This document shows positions 27,324 through 29,496 of a stretch of 29,496 nucleotides of DNA, piece after piece. Made by a program: the position numbers and the translations under genes. The stretch is from Chlamydiota bacterium (GTDB taxonomy: Bacteria; Chlamydiota; Chlamydiia; Chlamydiales; SM23-39), in contig JBCDEZ010000014.1 in the NCBI GenBank assembly GCA_039179045.1, positions 1 to 29,496 of the forward strand, written 5' to 3'. The notes below the pieces were generated by a model. That model made no database searches, was not told the DNA's origin, and saw only the letters and a list, made by a program, of their open reading frames with translations. How positions within the stretch are numbered: position 1 is the stretch's first letter; every line of letters begins with the position of its first letter.

Positions 27324-28072
27324 GTGTTGAGACTCCTTTCTTGTAGATTGCTAGCAGATACGCTTTTCTTCGCGAAAGAAGGCGAAAGATCTCCGTCTTC
27401 TAGCCTGCCATCTGTCACATGAATCTGGTGATCTGCGTAGCCCATTACCATGGGATCGTGGGTGGAGATCACAATAGAGATGCCTTCGAGATCCACCATC
27501 TTGCGCAAGATTTGCATGATCTGTTTTCCTGTTTCTTGGTCTAGGTTTGCAGTGGGCTCATCGGCTAAAATGACCTTGGGGCGTTTTGCGATCGCTCTTG
27601 CTAAAGCGACGCGTTGCCTTTGCCCCCCGGATAGAGTAAACGGCTTTTTATGCCTATGCTCGTAGAGCCCGACTAGTCGGAGCGCGTGCTCTACACGCTT
27701 TTTCACCTCTTTTCTTGAAAGGCCCATCCGGAGTAAGAAGTAGGCGACGTTCTCTTCTACAGTGAGTACGGGAATCAGATGAAAACGTTGAAAGACAAGA
27801 CCGATATACTCCTTTCTGATCCGATTTTGCTGCTGATAGGAGTAGCCTGCCATATCCTCTCCCAAGAAGTAGATACTTCCCTCTTGTACCGACTCGATCA
27901 GTCCTAAGAGGTGCAAAAAAGTCGATTTTCCCGACCCAGAGGGGCCCGATAGAGTAATCAGTTGTTGCTGAGGAATCTCAATGCTGATGCCTTTTAGCGC
28001 GATGATTTTGCGCGCTCCCAAGGTGTAGGAAAAGGTGAGATTGCGTACGGAAAAAAGATTCGTATTCTTCAA
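27314..28072 (-). CDS. ABC transporter ATP-binding subunit (LolD-like)
   Basis: GPSGSGKS, LSGGQRQRVALARA, LADEPTANLD, STHD. Start uncertain (TTG 28072 chosen; ORF track start 28153). Confidence 0.9.
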   Translation of the reverse strand: MKNTNLFSVRNLTFSYTLGARKIIALKGISIEIPQQQLITLSGPSGSGKSTFLHLLGLIESVQEGSIYFLGEDMAGYSYQQQNRIRKEYIGLVFQRFHLIPVLTVEENVAYFLLRMGLSRKEVKKRVEHALRLVGLYEHRHKKPFTLSGGQRQRVALARAIAKRPKVILADEPTANLDQETGKQIMQILRKMVDLEGISIVISTHDPMVMGYADHQIHVTDGRLEDGDLSPSFAKKSVSASNLQERSLNTCS

Positions 28073-28307
28073 AAAACCTACCAGATAATCTCTTTCAGTA
28101 TAGCAAGAAGAGAGGAAAAAATAAAGAACAATCATGATCCAAAATCTATCCAAACGCTAGAGAGTTGGATTTTTGAACTTTGATTGTAAATAGGTTATGA
28201 ATTTCGAGGAGGTACAAAAGAGCGCACACGGGTGCAAGGCAATTCGCGTTAAGACAAGCGTCTAAACCAGTTGCTAAAAATAGGCAAGATACTGACTCAT
28301 GAGATCG

Positions 28308-28353
28308 TAAAACATGGGACAGGAGAGACTTGAACCCCCGACCAACGGATTAT
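28308..28353 (-). repeat. Duplicated 3' half of the tRNA(CAT) gene (att-like direct repeat)
   Basis: 43/46 identical to 29122-29167; the match ends inside the anticodon loop. Confidence 0.9.
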
Positions 28354-28772
28354 TAGGGAGTGAGGACTCTCTCGAATCCAGTACTGTAAGGAAAGAAAGC
28401 TAAAAAGCCCGCGGGTTTTTGCTGGTTAGAAACAGTGCAAATCGAAACTCGTTGCACCGTTTTTGCACCGCGTATTTATCCTACATTCCGCATCCCCCCG
28501 CAAGGGGTGTGAGGAAATCTGATTTTTTTCTGAAGAAAATGAATTTACGTACTTATTTTTGCTCCTCGCTACTTTACATTCCAGCTCTTTATTGCAAAGG
28601 AGAAGTGATGGAAGAGTACAACAGCAAATGGCTTTTGGGACCAAACTTCTTTTTGGTTGTAACTTTTAAGAGCAATTTAGGCAATTTTTGCATTCCCTTA
28701 AAAACTCTTTGTACCTTCGATAGTTTTGAGACCCGCATAGGCATCCATGGATGCGACAGACTACTTTCCCTT

Positions 28773-28975
28773 CACACCCAATCCAATTAAAGAATTGGGC
28801 TAAACAGAAGGATAGAGAGGAAATCGATTCGTAATTCGTTTCTTTAGTTGGTGCAAAATCTCTGAACTAGGTGAGGACAGACTCTCCAAAAATCCCGTCA
28901 CTGCATGCAGCTCACATTCCGTACCCTTTTCATATTAACGTGTATATAGCCAATTCTTCAATTGGATTGAGTATA
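28773..28975. mobile_element. 203-bp MITE-like element with 26-bp terminal inverted repeats
   Basis: CACACCCAATCCAATTAAAGAATTGG (28773-28798) matches the reverse complement of 28950-28975 (TATACTCAATCCAATTGAAGAATTGG) at 22/26. Non-coding interior; further termini at 157-204 and 18012-18049. Confidence 0.65.
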
Positions 28976-29128
28976 GGTGCCATATTCAATCTTTTGTTTT
29001 TATGTTGAGAGGCTGAATGTGCTGGTTAAAGTTATTTTTCGTTACACGGTTTTGTAAAACCCTTTTTAACGCGTTATTTGTTTTTACGCAATAGTACTTA
29101 AGTGCACTGAAACCAACTGGATAAAACG

Positions 29129-29202
29129 TGGGGCAGGAGGGACTTGAACCCCCGACCAACGGATTATGAGTCTGCTGCTCTAACCGACTGAGCTACTGCC
29201 CC
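29129..29202 (-). tRNA. tRNA with CAT anticodon (likely tRNA-Ile2, lysidine type; elongator Met not excluded)
   Basis: GGGGCAG-TA-GCTC-AGTCGGTTA-GAGC-A-GCAGA-CTCATAA-TCCGT-TGGTC-GGGGG-TTCAAGT-CCCTC-CTGCCCC-A folds as a cloverleaf. G1-C72 is paired, so not an initiator; GACTCATAATC context as in ileX-type tRNAs; CCA not encoded. Confidence 0.93.
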
Positions 29203-29358
29203 CTAAATGAATATGATGATAATCGGCTTGCCACTTTATCTCCAAGTAAATCCACTGTGTGTTCTGTTTTTTCACCATGTGGCAATAAGGCCTCTTCTTT
29301 TGCTTGCGAAGAAATGGATGCGGCAGGGCGATCGCATATAAAAATTTTACTGAATAGG

Positions 29359-29496
29359 GGCCTTGTTGAAAAAATCAGATTTTCAGACCAACTAGGACTA
29401 TCCTTGAAGGTTTTCTAGCTCTCAGTTCTCATCATTTGATTCATCATCAGGCATTTTAAGTAACCTTCTACTCTTTGAGTACTTGGTTTTCTTGAG
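29359..29496 (-). mobile_element. 3' end of a second IS5-family (IS903 group) copy: IR 29359-29376, transposase C-terminus 29415-29496
   Basis: 29357-29496 is the reverse complement of 12-151 with 4 mismatches in 140 bp. Confidence 0.85.

Larger units (their letters stand above)
28308..29167. mobile_element. Decayed tRNA-integrated element remnant, no integrase visible
   Basis: About 770 bp lies between two 46-bp direct repeats of the tRNA 3' half and contains no convincing ORF. Confidence 0.65.

Noticed and set aside
28419..28790. 123-aa (+) and 72-aa (-) ORFs inside the island scar as possible integrase fragments
   Set aside because: No R-H-R-H-Y or other recognisable motif, non-ATG starts and no RBS; treated as spurious.
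157..28975. The partly palindromic 26-bp repeat as a CRISPR repeat
   Set aside because: Copies are dispersed and in opposite orientations, not arrayed with 30-40-bp spacers, and there are no cas genes.

Overview
This 29.5-kb window is AT-rich bacterial chromosomal DNA, most consistent with an environmental member of phylum Chlamydiota. The support is a long chlamydial-type LepB next to a CT021-like gene, a CPn0927/CHLPS-like alpha/beta hydrolase, a DUF1504-like antiporter and TyrP; this assignment is from motif recognition, not a database search. Both ends are the 3' termini of near-identical IS903-group (IS5 family) elements in inverted orientation, so the window is probably a contig broken at IS copies. 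The interior carries housekeeping and transport genes: a tripartite ABC/MFP/OMF exporter, a FucP/GluP sugar MFS behind a small beta-barrel, a LolDE-like ABC pair, a YbjT-like SDR and CPBP proteases. It also holds an IS66 remnant, a tRNA(CAT) whose 3' half is duplicated about 0.8 kb away (decayed integrative element), and a short TIR-bounded MITE-like repeat family. The most interesting signals are: (1) a 515-aa HD-like protein with an N-terminus resembling a mitochondrial presequence plus a hydrophobic segment; (2) a 341-aa orphan with a bipartite NLS-like motif lying between CT021-like and lepB; (3) paired tandem DnaA-box-like 9-mers flanking an AT-rich tract; (4) a PncA homologue lacking its catalytic Cys; (5) a His-less CPBP paralogue. 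No complete novel multi-gene system can be established from sequence alone.
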